Shown in pieces: positions 19,805 to 29,085 of a DNA stretch of 64,000 nucleotides (its first letter is position 1; the number at the start of each line of letters is the position of its first letter). The translations under genes were made by a program, and so were the position numbers. The stretch lies in the NCBI GenBank assembly GCA_035708305.1, contig DASSSU010000030.1, forward strand, positions 9,649 to 73,648, given 5' to 3'. This DNA is from Minisyncoccota bacterium. GTDB taxonomy: Bacteria; Patescibacteriota; Minisyncoccia; Phycocordibacterales; DASSSU01. The notes under the pieces were generated by a model. It did no database searches and was not told the DNA's origin. It worked only from the letters and a program-made list of their open reading frames with translations.

Positions 19805-20327
19805 ATGAATCCACACAACATTCTTCATTTTTTGTTTTGTCGAATCGAAACCCTCGCAGTGGTTTCGAGAGGATGCGGACTTTGATGAAAAAATTCGAAC
19901 GCACTTTGGCGAGACATATCGCCGGGCGTAAAGGGAGAAACGGCGGAGTGGCAAAAACCCCCGAAGGGCGGATCGCGGAAATCATCGTGCTTGATCAGTT
20001 CTCGCGCAACATGTTTCGCGGGACACCCCAGGCTTTCGCGGAAGATGCACGCGCACTCGAACTCGCGAAGGAAGCGATCGCGGCCGGAGACGACAAAAAA
20101 CTTCCGCGGAAATATCGTCACTTTCTCTACACGCCATTTATGTACAGCGAGTCACGCGGAGTACACAAGAAAGCGTTTTGGCTTTTTCTTTCGCTTTGGA
20201 ATCCGTCTGTATTTTATTTGAGATCAAGCACAAGAGAGTCATCGACCGCTTCGGCCGCTACCCGTCGCGCAACAAAATCCTTGGCCGTCAAAACACGCCG
20301 GAAGAGGAAGAATTTTTGCACCCGTGA
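19805..20327 (+). pseudogene. DUF924-family gene disrupted by at least three frameshifts
   Basis: Conserved DUF924 segments lie in three different frames: MNPHNILHFLF (frame A), SQWFREDADFDEKIRTHFGETYRRA* (frame B), PEGRIAEIIVLDQFSRNMFRGTPQAFAEDARALELAKEAIAAGDD...YTPFMYSES (frame C), and the C-terminal IDRFGRYPSRNKILGRQNTPEEEEFL* (back in another frame). Confidence 0.7.
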
Positions 20328-20412
20328 TTTTTTGTGGGTACTCGGAAAAACCTAAAAAATCTTCCAGTTGCCGTCCAGAATTTTGGGAGTACAATGGAAG
20401 AAATAGGCGAAA

Positions 20413-21549
20413 ATGTCTCAATATCCCTCGAAAAATAAGAATATTTTGTTTGCCGTCAGCTCGCTCGGGCTGGGGCATGCCACACGGACGTTGCCAATCA
20501 TCCGTGATTTTGAGTTACGCGGTTTTCGGATTTTTATCCTCTCCGACGGAAAAGCGCTCGAGTACCTGAAGCAGGAATTTCCGACTGCCCGCTTCATCAC
20601 CAGTAAGGACTATCCGCCGCTGGAGCGGGGAAAGGATCTGCAGTACTATCTCTATATTTGTCCGGATCTTTTTCGCACGATTTTCACTGTTCGGCGGGAA
20701 CACGCAGAAACGGAAAAAATTATTACGGACGCAAATATTTGCGCGATTTTTTCAGACGGCCGCTATGGAGTATACAGCCGGCGCATTCCGTCATTTTTTC
20801 TTACGCACCAGACGCAATTCCATGTGCGTCCAAGAGACGTTTGGTTCACGCCAGTGCTCCACTTTTTTAACTACAGCCGGCTCAAAAAATTCGATCATAT
20901 TTTTATTCCCGATTACGAAGACGAGCGTGTTTCACTCGCTGGCAAACTTTCTCGTGCACACTTCCTAAAAAAACTTCCGCATTCTTACATCGGCACACTC
21001 TCTTCTTTGAGAAGGCAAAACGGCATCAGCGAAGACATCGACTATCTCTTCACGATCAGCGGTTTTCTGGATGAGCACCGGCCTTCTTTTATCAAAACAC
21101 TTTTGGAACAGGCGCGGGAACTTCCTGGGAAAAAAGTATTTGTGCTGGGCAATCCTGCTTCATCGGAAGTGCATCATGATCCAGAAGCGAACATCACAAT
21201 CTACGAAAATGTCTCTGGCGAAAAGCGCAACGAACTTTTCAATCGCGCGCGATTTGTGGTTTCGCGCTGCGGATACACAACACTCATGGACATGGCGGAG
21301 CTGGAAAAGCCCTCGCTTCTCATTCCGACACCGAACCAACGAGAGCAGGAGTACCTCGCACTCTGGAATGCCGAGAAGCGGATCTTTTTGACGGAAGAGG
21401 GGGAGGAACAAATTTCTTTGGCACAACAGATTACTCGTGTTCAGGAACTTCTTCCATTTCCTTCTTCTGTCAAAACGCACCATGCCCTTGAGCACATCCG
21501 CCGTACGATGCAAAATATTGCCGACAATCGATTTGGTGATATTGTGTAG
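20413..21549 (+). CDS. GT-B glycosyltransferase, MurG/GT28-like
   Basis: N-terminal ILFAVSSLGLGHATRTLPI. C-terminal RFVVSRCGYTTLMDMAELEKPSLLIPTPNQREQEYLA resembles the MurG C-terminal donor-binding region. Confidence 0.6.
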   Translation: MSQYPSKNKNILFAVSSLGLGHATRTLPIIRDFELRGFRIFILSDGKALEYLKQEFPTARFITSKDYPPLERGKDLQYYLYICPDLFRTIFTVRREHAETEKIITDANICAIFSDGRYGVYSRRIPSFFLTHQTQFHVRPRDVWFTPVLHFFNYSRLKKFDHIFIPDYEDERVSLAGKLSRAHFLKKLPHSYIGTLSSLRRQNGISEDIDYLFTISGFLDEHRPSFIKTLLEQARELPGKKVFVLGNPASSEVHHDPEANITIYENVSGEKRNELFNRARFVVSRCGYTTLMDMAELEKPSLLIPTPNQREQEYLALWNAEKRIFLTEEGEEQISLAQQITRVQELLPFPSSVKTHHALEHIRRTMQNIADNRFGDIV

Positions 21550-21554
21550 AGACA

Positions 21555-22364
21555 ATGAAACTGAAACTCAAGTTTGTATCTTTTCTTCGTTTTTTGAAAA
21601 AAGAGCGACGCTCTCTGGTGCGTGGCTTTTTTCGCCATATGGTTTTCTTTGGGATTGTGGGGATTCTTCTCTATAGTCTGGCGCTCTATGGAATTTTTTT
21701 TCTCTTCAACTCCTATGCACACGTAGAGCCGTTTCAGGGCGAGCTGCCGGTGTATGCTTCGGTCGATGACGTGGAAGGGGCAACGGGTTTTCTCGCGTAT
21801 CGGCAGCAGGAATCGCAAACTCCCATGCAGCCGGTCAACCTCATCCTGATCGGTCCATCGAACATGCAAGATGTTTTTCACCAGCTTTCCTGGATTCCGG
21901 ACGTGAACTTCAGCTTGGAGAGCATTCCTTTCAGTGATTTTTTGCGTTTGCTGAAAGAAAAAACACCGCCTATTTCGGATTTGTACGTGGATGGTCAGAT
22001 TCAGAATTCTTCTTTTCAAAATCAGTCAGATTCACTGTGGCACCGTGAGCATGTGCGGTTGTGGAGGTTTGGCACTTTGGAAGGGAGTGGGCAGTCTATT
22101 TATCTTGCTTCGGTGAGTGCGGACGCGGGCATCGACTTTGCTTCCTACCGAGACTTTATCGTTCCACTCCATGAAATCTCTCCCAATATTGATGTGTCGC
22201 GCGATCATTTTCTTACACTCGTCAAAGCAAAAATCCCCGGTATTTCTTACGTGTACAAACCCTGGGGACTGGTAAAAAAGCGTGAGAGAGATCCGGATGG
22301 AAATTCCTACTACACGGACGGCAAGGTTCTAGTTATCACGTTTCCAAAACTTGCCAGCACCTGA
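21555..22364 (+). CDS. membrane-anchored hypothetical protein (possibly LssY-C-like)
   Basis: Single N-terminal TM segment, then a soluble domain containing SLWHREHVRLWRFG. Assignment is tentative. Confidence 0.35.
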   Translation: MKLKLKFVSFLRFLKKERRSLVRGFFRHMVFFGIVGILLYSLALYGIFFLFNSYAHVEPFQGELPVYASVDDVEGATGFLAYRQQESQTPMQPVNLILIGPSNMQDVFHQLSWIPDVNFSLESIPFSDFLRLLKEKTPPISDLYVDGQIQNSSFQNQSDSLWHREHVRLWRFGTLEGSGQSIYLASVSADAGIDFASYRDFIVPLHEISPNIDVSRDHFLTLVKAKIPGISYVYKPWGLVKKRERDPDGNSYYTDGKVLVITFPKLAST

Positions 22365-22449
22365 ACTTCATGAGTTCTGCTGCTCGTTTGTGATAAAAAA
22401 TGAAAGAGGAGAATTAATTCAAATTAAATTTTATAAATTTTTTTTACAC

Positions 22450-23154
22450 ATGAATCGCAAAACACACCTTTTCTTTGACTTGGACGATACTGTTACGTTC
22501 AGCCGCACCCCGATTGAGGATGATGCTTTGGAAGTGTACCGATCTCTTCCGTGCGATGTGGTGATTGTTTCCGGAGCGCACGTGAACCAAATCCACACAC
22601 AAACACGCGGACTCTCGTGCTATCGGCTTGGACAGAATGGCAACCAGGCTTTTTCTCCCGACGGAGCACTGCTGTGGGAAGAGTTGCTCACGGAGTCGCA
22701 AGCTGAGAAAATCCGGCAGCATGTCGCCGCGCTTCAGCGTGAGTGCACGCACTCGGTGAAAGACCCGAACGATCTGCTCGAACATCGCGGATCGCAAATT
22801 TCCTATAGTCTGCTGGGGCACCATGAAGATGTGGCGCTCAAAAAAGCATTTGATCCAGAGAAAAAGCTTCGGGTGGAACTGCTCGAAAAACGGCCGTTTC
22901 TTGATGATGAACTGGAAGTGCGAATCGGCGGAACAACCTGTTTCGATTATTTTCAAAAAGGAAAGAACAAAGGCTACAATGTGAAAAAGCTCATCGAGCA
23001 CATGGGTTGGGATCTTGAGGATGCGCTCTACTTCGGTGACTCGCTTTTTCCGGGAGGAAACGACGAAACGGTTGTCGGTGTGATTGAAACCGTGGAAGTA
23101 AAAAACCATCGCCATACGCTGGAAGTACTCCGGGAGTTATTTCCGGTGAAATAA
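22450..23154 (+). CDS. HAD-superfamily hydrolase
   Basis: Motif I FFDLDDTV at the N-terminus (ATG at 22450; the track ORF starts at 22351). C-terminal YFGDSLFPGGND (motif IV-like). Confidence 0.65.
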   Translation: MNRKTHLFFDLDDTVTFSRTPIEDDALEVYRSLPCDVVIVSGAHVNQIHTQTRGLSCYRLGQNGNQAFSPDGALLWEELLTESQAEKIRQHVAALQRECTHSVKDPNDLLEHRGSQISYSLLGHHEDVALKKAFDPEKKLRVELLEKRPFLDDELEVRIGGTTCFDYFQKGKNKGYNVKKLIEHMGWDLEDALYFGDSLFPGGNDETVVGVIETVEVKNHRHTLEVLRELFPVK

Positions 23155-23205
23155 TTTTTTTGCTAGAATTTTAGGCAAAAAGCAATTTTTTGCTATGATG
23201 GAAGA

Positions 23206-24204
23206 ATGAAGCAAGATTCCATCCAGGTTTCAAATCTCTCAAAAACCTTTATTTTTCCGGTAAAAAACCCAGCAAAGAGCTGGGCGGAAAATCTTTTTGC
23301 TCCTGAAAAGAGGGAGGTGCAGGCGGTGAAAGATATCTCTTTCACGATTTCAAAGGGTGAACGTGTGGCGTTTATCGGTCCGAATGGCGCGGGGAAATCC
23401 ACCACGATCAAGATGCTCACGGGGATCCTTTTTCCCACTTCGGACGAAGTCAGTGTGCTCGGTTTGGACCCGGTGAAGCAGCGAAAAGCTCTGGCGTACC
23501 AGATCGGCACCGTGTTTGGTCAGCGATCGCAGCTTTTGCCCAACCTTCCCCTCACGGACTCGCTGGAGTTTTTTGGTGTGATGTACGATCTTACGGATGC
23601 GCAGATACATCAGCGTACGAAAGAGCTTGCAGAACTTTTCAACCTTGGCGCCTTTATCGATCAGCCGGTCCGCAAGCTTTCGCTTGGACAACGAATGCGC
23701 GCGGAGGTGGCCGCGTCTTTGATACACAAACCAAAAATCATCCTGCTCGACGAACCCACGATCGGGCTTGATGTGGTGGCGAAAAAATCTTTGCGCGATC
23801 TCCTTCTTGCGGTGAACCAAGAGGAAGAAACGACAATTTTTTTGACCTCGCACGACGTGGGAGATATCGAGTCTCTTTGTGATCGCACGATCGTCATCAA
23901 CAACGGCACGATTATTCAAGACTTGCCAACGAAGCAGCTTTCCCGGGCTTTTGTGTTTGAAAAGTATATTGATCTCATTCCGCTTGAAAAATTCCAAAAT
24001 TTCCCTGACCTTCCCGCGGGAATGAAATACACTTCTCAAACTCCCGATAAAATCACAGTGGCGGTGGACGTGAACAAAATGAACGCCACAGAGTCTTTAA
24101 AAAAATTGCTTACCATATTTGAGGTGGAGGACGTGGACGTCTACAACACCAGTCTGGAAACGGTAATTCGACACATTTATGAAAGTCGCTCGTCTGGGAA
24201 ATAA
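23206..24204 (+). CDS. ABC transporter ATP-binding protein (ABC-2 type exporter)
   Basis: Walker A GPNGAGKST, signature LSLGQRMRAEVAASL, Walker B IILLDEPTIGLD, H-loop SHDV. Confidence 0.85.
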   Translation: MKQDSIQVSNLSKTFIFPVKNPAKSWAENLFAPEKREVQAVKDISFTISKGERVAFIGPNGAGKSTTIKMLTGILFPTSDEVSVLGLDPVKQRKALAYQIGTVFGQRSQLLPNLPLTDSLEFFGVMYDLTDAQIHQRTKELAELFNLGAFIDQPVRKLSLGQRMRAEVAASLIHKPKIILLDEPTIGLDVVAKKSLRDLLLAVNQEEETTIFLTSHDVGDIESLCDRTIVINNGTIIQDLPTKQLSRAFVFEKYIDLIPLEKFQNFPDLPAGMKYTSQTPDKITVAVDVNKMNATESLKKLLTIFEVEDVDVYNTSLETVIRHIYESRSSGK

Positions 24205-24979
24205 AATCGTCGGAACATTGGTGAAAGACCGGATGCAGTATCCGGGGCGACTTGTTGCGGACACATTTTCTCTGATTGCTCGCTGTGGAATCTTACTTAC
24301 ATTGTACTGGTACGTGTATCAGCTTGAGGGTGGGACAGTAAACGGCACGACATACGCCTTTGTTGCCTGGAGTATGTTTTTCTATTTTGCGTTTTCTACT
24401 TTTCGGTTGCGGGGAATTTCAAACCTGATCATGCAGGACGTAAAATCCGGAAATGTGGAGGTGCTCTTCAGTAAGCCAGTCTCATACCTTGGATACCGCA
24501 CATGGTGGCAGATCGGTACGGGAATGTATTCTTTTCTGGTTGCGTCTTTGCTCGGAACCGCGGTGATGGTGCTCGTGATCGGACTTCCGCCCACCATGAC
24601 TACTGCCATGTTTCTCCCCACGTTTGTGCTGGTATTCCTCGGCGCGTCAATTTTGACGCTCATCGTGTACACGATCGTTGGGCTTTTAGCGTTTTGGATC
24701 GAGGACATTGCGCCTGTGTTTGGGGTGGTGGACAAATCGGTTATGATTTTGGGTGGTTCGTATTTGCCGGTTGCACTTTTTCCAAATTTTCTTTACAAGA
24801 TCGCGCTCTACAGTCCGTTTGGTGCATCGCAGTTTGTTACGCATACGGTGTACGAGTCTTGGCAGACAGACTGGTACGCGCTCATTGGTATTCAGGTATT
24901 TTGGATTCTGCTGCTTGGGGTTGTTGTGGTTACGATGTTTGCGGGGGCAAAAAAGAAAGTATCAATAAACGGCGGGTAA
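24179..24979 (+). CDS. ABC-2 family permease subunit
   Basis: Six hydrophobic segments. Overlaps the ATPase stop. Confidence 0.6.
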   Translation: MKVARLGNKIVGTLVKDRMQYPGRLVADTFSLIARCGILLTLYWYVYQLEGGTVNGTTYAFVAWSMFFYFAFSTFRLRGISNLIMQDVKSGNVEVLFSKPVSYLGYRTWWQIGTGMYSFLVASLLGTAVMVLVIGLPPTMTTAMFLPTFVLVFLGASILTLIVYTIVGLLAFWIEDIAPVFGVVDKSVMILGGSYLPVALFPNFLYKIALYSPFGASQFVTHTVYESWQTDWYALIGIQVFWILLLGVVVVTMFAGAKKKVSINGG

Positions 24980-24994
24980 AGATAAAACACAAAC

Positions 24995-25789
24995 ATGTTG
25001 AAAGAAATACGATTCGCACTCTACACGATACAAAAAAATATCCAAAGCAGTGCCGAACTTCGGACGAGTTTTCTGATGAATGTCATTGGCATGGCGGTGA
25101 ACAACACGGCGTTTATTTTCCTGTGGGTCTTTTTCGTGCATTCGGTGGGAGTGATCGGCGGATGGACGGCGGCGGACATCATCGGACTGCAGGGATTTTC
25201 CGGATTGGCATACGGAGCGGTTTTTTCTCTGGCAGGTGGACTGGGAAAACTTCCTGAATACACCACTTCTGGAACATTTGATTCTTTTCTCCTTTCGCCG
25301 AAGAACCTTCTTTTGCGGGTGGCAACGTCTTCGTTTCGCGCCTCTGCGGTGGGCGATATGGCCTTTGGGGTCGTGTGCCTGGTGATTTATGTTGTGCTGA
25401 TTCATGCAAGTTTGCTGCAAATTGGCATCATGTTCCTCTTGGCGCTTTTGGCATCAGCGGTTTTTCTTGCGATGGTGATTGCGGTTTTTTCTGCGAGCTT
25501 CTTTTTTATTGATGCCTACTCAGTGACCAACGGGCTTTTTGAACTTTTCCTCACGCCTTCGCTTTTTCACGGTGGAGCATTTCAGGGGGTGATGCGGTTT
25601 ATCTTTACCTTTCTCATCCCCTCTCTTTTGATCGGGGCGCTGCCGGTGGAAGCGATGCGGCATATCCAGTTTTGGAAACTCGGCCTGATCGCCGTGCTCG
25701 CGTTTGCATGGCTTTTCCTCGCGATAAAAATTTTTCACAAAGCGATCCGAAAATATGAAAGCTCAAACTTCATGACGTTTGGAAGCTAA
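24995..25789 (+). CDS. ABC-2 family permease subunit (second)
   Basis: Polytopic membrane protein immediately downstream. Paralogous architecture. Confidence 0.6.
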   Translation: MLKEIRFALYTIQKNIQSSAELRTSFLMNVIGMAVNNTAFIFLWVFFVHSVGVIGGWTAADIIGLQGFSGLAYGAVFSLAGGLGKLPEYTTSGTFDSFLLSPKNLLLRVATSSFRASAVGDMAFGVVCLVIYVVLIHASLLQIGIMFLLALLASAVFLAMVIAVFSASFFFIDAYSVTNGLFELFLTPSLFHGGAFQGVMRFIFTFLIPSLLIGALPVEAMRHIQFWKLGLIAVLAFAWLFLAIKIFHKAIRKYESSNFMTFGS

Positions 25790-25970
25790 GATATTATAAA
25801 TATAAGAATTACAAAAATATGTAATACAAATTGGGATTATATTCCAAGCGATGAAGAACTTCGGTATTGCGGAATTGAAGTATACATGCCATGGGGGATA
25901 ATCAGAAAGTTGTCACGAGAAGAAATCTGCTTCAAGATGTGCGGGTTACATTATAGAGGGAAATTTTGAT

Positions 25971-26306
25971 ATGTCGCTATCAATGCCAAAGAAGGTGCCG
26001 GAACTCGGGTTCTATTATCATTCTGGTTCGGTGAACAATTATGCTTATGAAGTCATAGGGGTTGGATTTCACACCGAAGACGATGCTCGTCCGGGAGAGG
26101 AGCACTTTGTTGTTTACCGCCCACTGTATGCGGCTTCTGTTTACGAAGCTTCAAAAAAGCTCGGTGTCCCGTGTTTCGACATCCGACCGCTTGAGATGCG
26201 GATGGGTGAAGTTGAGAAAGAAGGAGAGAGGATTCCTCGCTTCCAAAGAATTACTGATCCGCGGATTATCGCGGAATTGGAAAAAATCCGAAATCGGATG
26301 TATTAA
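25971..26306 (+). CDS. DUF1653-family small protein
   Basis: GFYYHSGSVNNYAYEVIGVGFHTEDDARPGEEHFVVYRPLY matches the DUF1653 pattern (Y-x-H-x-G, HTE, VVYR-LY). Confidence 0.5.
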   Translation: MSLSMPKKVPELGFYYHSGSVNNYAYEVIGVGFHTEDDARPGEEHFVVYRPLYAASVYEASKKLGVPCFDIRPLEMRMGEVEKEGERIPRFQRITDPRIIAELEKIRNRMY

Positions 26307-26417
26307 ATATTTATATTCCGCAAGGCCCTCTGACCTTGCGGAATTTTTATGTTTTATGACACCTTTTGTCTTAAATGAGCCTCTCCGTTTGTTTTCTTCA
26401 GCTGAATGGTATGATAG

Positions 26418-26768
26418 GTGCATATGGCAAATATATATTTAACGCAAAAACACTGTATTCCGTGTGAAGCCGGTACACCGCCGCTTACCAAAACACAAGC
26501 GGAGGAATATTTGAAAACACTTTCCGGTTGGGACCTTGTTGAGGGAAGTACAAAACTTCAAAAAGAATATGTTTTCACGGATTTTAAAGAGGCACTTGAG
26601 TTTGTAAATACCCTTGGAGAAATTGCTGAAGCGGAAGGTCATCATCCGGATATTTTTCTTCATGATTACAAACGAGTCATGGTCATGCTCTCCACGCACG
26701 CAATCGGCGGACTCTCAGAAAATGACTTTATCTTGGCTGCAAAAGCCGATGAGAAGGTGAATCGTTAA
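26418..26768 (+). CDS. pterin-4a-carbinolamine dehydratase (PCD/DCoH)
   Basis: CIPCEAGTPPLT, and EGHHPD followed by the Y/W motif. About 110 aa. Confidence 0.8.
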   Translation: MHMANIYLTQKHCIPCEAGTPPLTKTQAEEYLKTLSGWDLVEGSTKLQKEYVFTDFKEALEFVNTLGEIAEAEGHHPDIFLHDYKRVMVMLSTHAIGGLSENDFILAAKADEKVNR

Positions 26769-26823
26769 AGAGGGAAGCGTGAGCCAGAGTATTGACATTG
26801 ACAAATTTTAAAAAGGAAACAAA

Positions 26824-27525
26824 ATGGATTTTCTCAAAAACATGCGCTATCCGGGGAGATTTATCGTTTTGGGGGAAGACGGCGAATATTTTGTTGCGAT
26901 ATACGGAGCCATGGGGAGGAATTCTTCGAGCTTGCGGCGGAAATACGAGAAGGAAAATGGTGGAATAAAAGCCACGCAGCTTGAAAGCGGGGGCGATGCC
27001 GAACTCTTGAACTATCAAGCAGTGAGATTTCTTGAAAAGGGAATAATTGTTGCAAATGGTTGTCAAGGAGACTACGTAAAAGCTTTTACCAAAAACACCG
27101 CGCAAGAGCAGCTCCTGGATGATCTGCAAAACGAGTTGCCCGAACCGGATAAATACAACACTCCTCGGATTACGGCAGCGTACTTTGAAAAACCATCAGA
27201 AGTTTCTGCCGCACTTCATATTGTTCGCCAAAACCAAGGAGTGGTGGAAAGAAAAGCATGGCGGGTGGAGCTCGTTTCCGGAAAGGGGATGTATATTTCT
27301 ACCTACGCAGGTGATGATGTTCGTCCGGCGCCGTCCTTTCTTGGAGATCCACTTTTGGTGGATATTTCCTTCGGTTCTGCGGATATTGCAGCAAGAAGTA
27401 TCTTTGACTTACTTACGCCTCCGGCCGGAGGAGAAGACTATCGCGTGGGAGTAATAGCGTGCTACAAGAAATTTGGAGAAGAAGCAAAATGCTCTATTTT
27501 AAATTGTATGGAAGATGTGCTTTGA
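26824..27525 (+). CDS. PurO-like (archaeal-type) IMP cyclohydrolase family protein
   Basis: MRYPGRFIVLGEDGEYFVAIYGAMGRNSSS and YNTPRITAAYF resemble the archaeal PurO N-terminus (MYLGRI..GR) and the NTPRIAA motif. About 230 aa. Confidence 0.55.
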   Translation: MDFLKNMRYPGRFIVLGEDGEYFVAIYGAMGRNSSSLRRKYEKENGGIKATQLESGGDAELLNYQAVRFLEKGIIVANGCQGDYVKAFTKNTAQEQLLDDLQNELPEPDKYNTPRITAAYFEKPSEVSAALHIVRQNQGVVERKAWRVELVSGKGMYISTYAGDDVRPAPSFLGDPLLVDISFGSADIAARSIFDLLTPPAGGEDYRVGVIACYKKFGEEAKCSILNCMEDVL

Positions 27526-27543
27526 TCATGACTCTGGGGTAAA

Positions 27544-28659
27544 ATGAAGCGCAATATGAGCAAGAAAATTTGCGTGGCGGTTTTGTTTGGTGGGAAGTCG
27601 GAAGAGCATGAGGTTTCTATCCAATCCACAAAAAATATTTTAAATGCCCTGGACAAAAAGAAGTACGAGGTGGTTCTTGTGGGGATAGGCAAGAGTGGAC
27701 GATGGCTCTCAAGTGGAAACTCAAAGCTTCTTTTGCACAGTGAAAAGATTCCGAAAACTTCCGCAAAGTTTCTTGATACGGTTGTTTTTCTTCCTCAAGG
27801 AAAAGGACAGCTCGCGGAAATATCTGACGGAAAAATTGTTCGGATTTGCAGGATCGACGTAGTACTACCGGTGCTCCATGGTCCTTTTGGGGAAGATGGC
27901 ACGGTACAAGGATTACTTCAAATCGCCGATGTGCCTTTTGTGGGTTCGGGTGTCCTCGGTTCGGCGGTGGGGATGGACAAAGATGTAATGAAACGGCTTC
28001 TGCGGGATGCCGGCATACCGGTGGCAAAGTTTCTTGTATACCGCAAGAGTGAACAGAAAAATATTTCATTTCAAAAAGTAAAAAAGGATCTAAGTTTGCC
28101 AATTTTTGTAAAACCGGCGAATCTTGGATCGTCTGTTGGGATTTCAAAAGTGCGCACGAAGCAGGAATTTGAAAAAGCTCTCGAAACAGCCTTTGCTTTC
28201 GATCAAAAAATTATCCTTGAAGAGTGTATTTCCGGACGTGAGATTGAGTGCTCGGTTCTGGGAAATGAAAATCCTCTTGCATCATTTCCTGGAGAAATTA
28301 TTTCTCACCGTGACTTTTATTCTTAGGATGCAAAGTATGGAGATACAAATGCGACGACTTTGAAGATTCCAGCAGAGCTTCCAAAGGCGGTGGCGAAAAA
28401 CATTCAAAAACTGTCTCTTAAAGTATTTGAAATTTTGAACGCCGAAGGTCTGGCGCGCGTGGATTGTTTTCTCACTGCAGACAACCGAGTTTTTGTAAAT
28501 GAGATCAACACTTTCCCGGGGTTCACTTCTGTGAGTATGTATCCCAAACTCTGGGAAGCAAGCGGCATCAGCTACACCGATCTTCTCGACCGGCTTATTG
28601 CACTTGCTCTTAATCAGTTCCAAAAAAATGAAAAGATTGACAAGAAAAGTAAGTCTTGA
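27544..28659 (+). pseudogene. ddl: D-alanine--D-alanine ligase interrupted by a single in-frame TAG at 28324..28326
   Basis: N-terminus KICVAVLFGGKSEEHEVS. The C-terminal half continues in the same frame after the stop (DAKYGDTNATTLKIPAELP...ARVDCFL...NEINTFPGFTSVSMYPKLW). The stop lies in FYS*DAKY, where Ddl proteins have FY-x-Y-x-AKY (TAY changed to TAG). Protein identity confidence is about 0.9; whether it is a true pseudogene or a sequencing error is uncertain. Confidence 0.55.
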
Positions 28660-28722
28660 CAAATTTTAAAAATTTGTTTTACTTACGGGAGTTTTTGTGT
28701 TCCCAAACGGAAGAGGTGAAAG

Positions 28723-29007
28723 ATGTCCGAAATTGTTGCTTTTGTACAAAAGATTGAGAATCTTGACCGGAAGGCGAGCTTCAAGGAAATTAACGAACTC
28801 TTTGTTCGTATTGGACAAATGGGTCCTGATGAATGTGTAAATTTTTATCAGGCACTTCGTTTTTTCTGTCGGTCACAAGGCCTGAAGATTGAAGATGATT
28901 TTGCAACTGATGAAGTTGCCAAGGCTCTGAGGTGCCGAATGAATGATTTAACGCGAACAGATCTTTTACTCATGCGAAAGTTCCGCGACGTTGTCGGAAG
29001 TTTTTAG
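28723..29007 (+). CDS. hypothetical small protein
   Basis: ORF with GGAAGAGGTGAAAG directly upstream of the ATG. Confidence 0.35.
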   Translation: MSEIVAFVQKIENLDRKASFKEINELFVRIGQMGPDECVNFYQALRFFCRSQGLKIEDDFATDEVAKALRCRMNDLTRTDLLLMRKFRDVVGSF

Positions 29008-29085
29008 ATTCACCTACAGAAGGCTCAAATTAATTTTGGGCCTTTTAATTTTTTTCCTTTCCCGGAGATTCTATCTTGCGGTAAA

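Noticed and set aside
22444-24039. 223-aa and 229-aa minus-strand ORFs
   Set aside because: They are antisense to the HAD hydrolase and ABC ATPase genes respectively. Both are shadow ORFs.
24502-25257. 251-aa plus-strand ORF in an alternative frame
   Set aside because: It lies within the two ABC-2 permease genes in another frame, and its Arg/His/Gly-rich composition is not protein-like.
28324-28326. Genome-wide reassignment of TAG as a sense codon
   Set aside because: TAG terminates several well-supported genes in this window (GNAT gene at 4086..4088, hsp20 at 39305..39307, M7 protease at 46673..46675). TGA and TAA are also used as stops, and RF2 is encoded.
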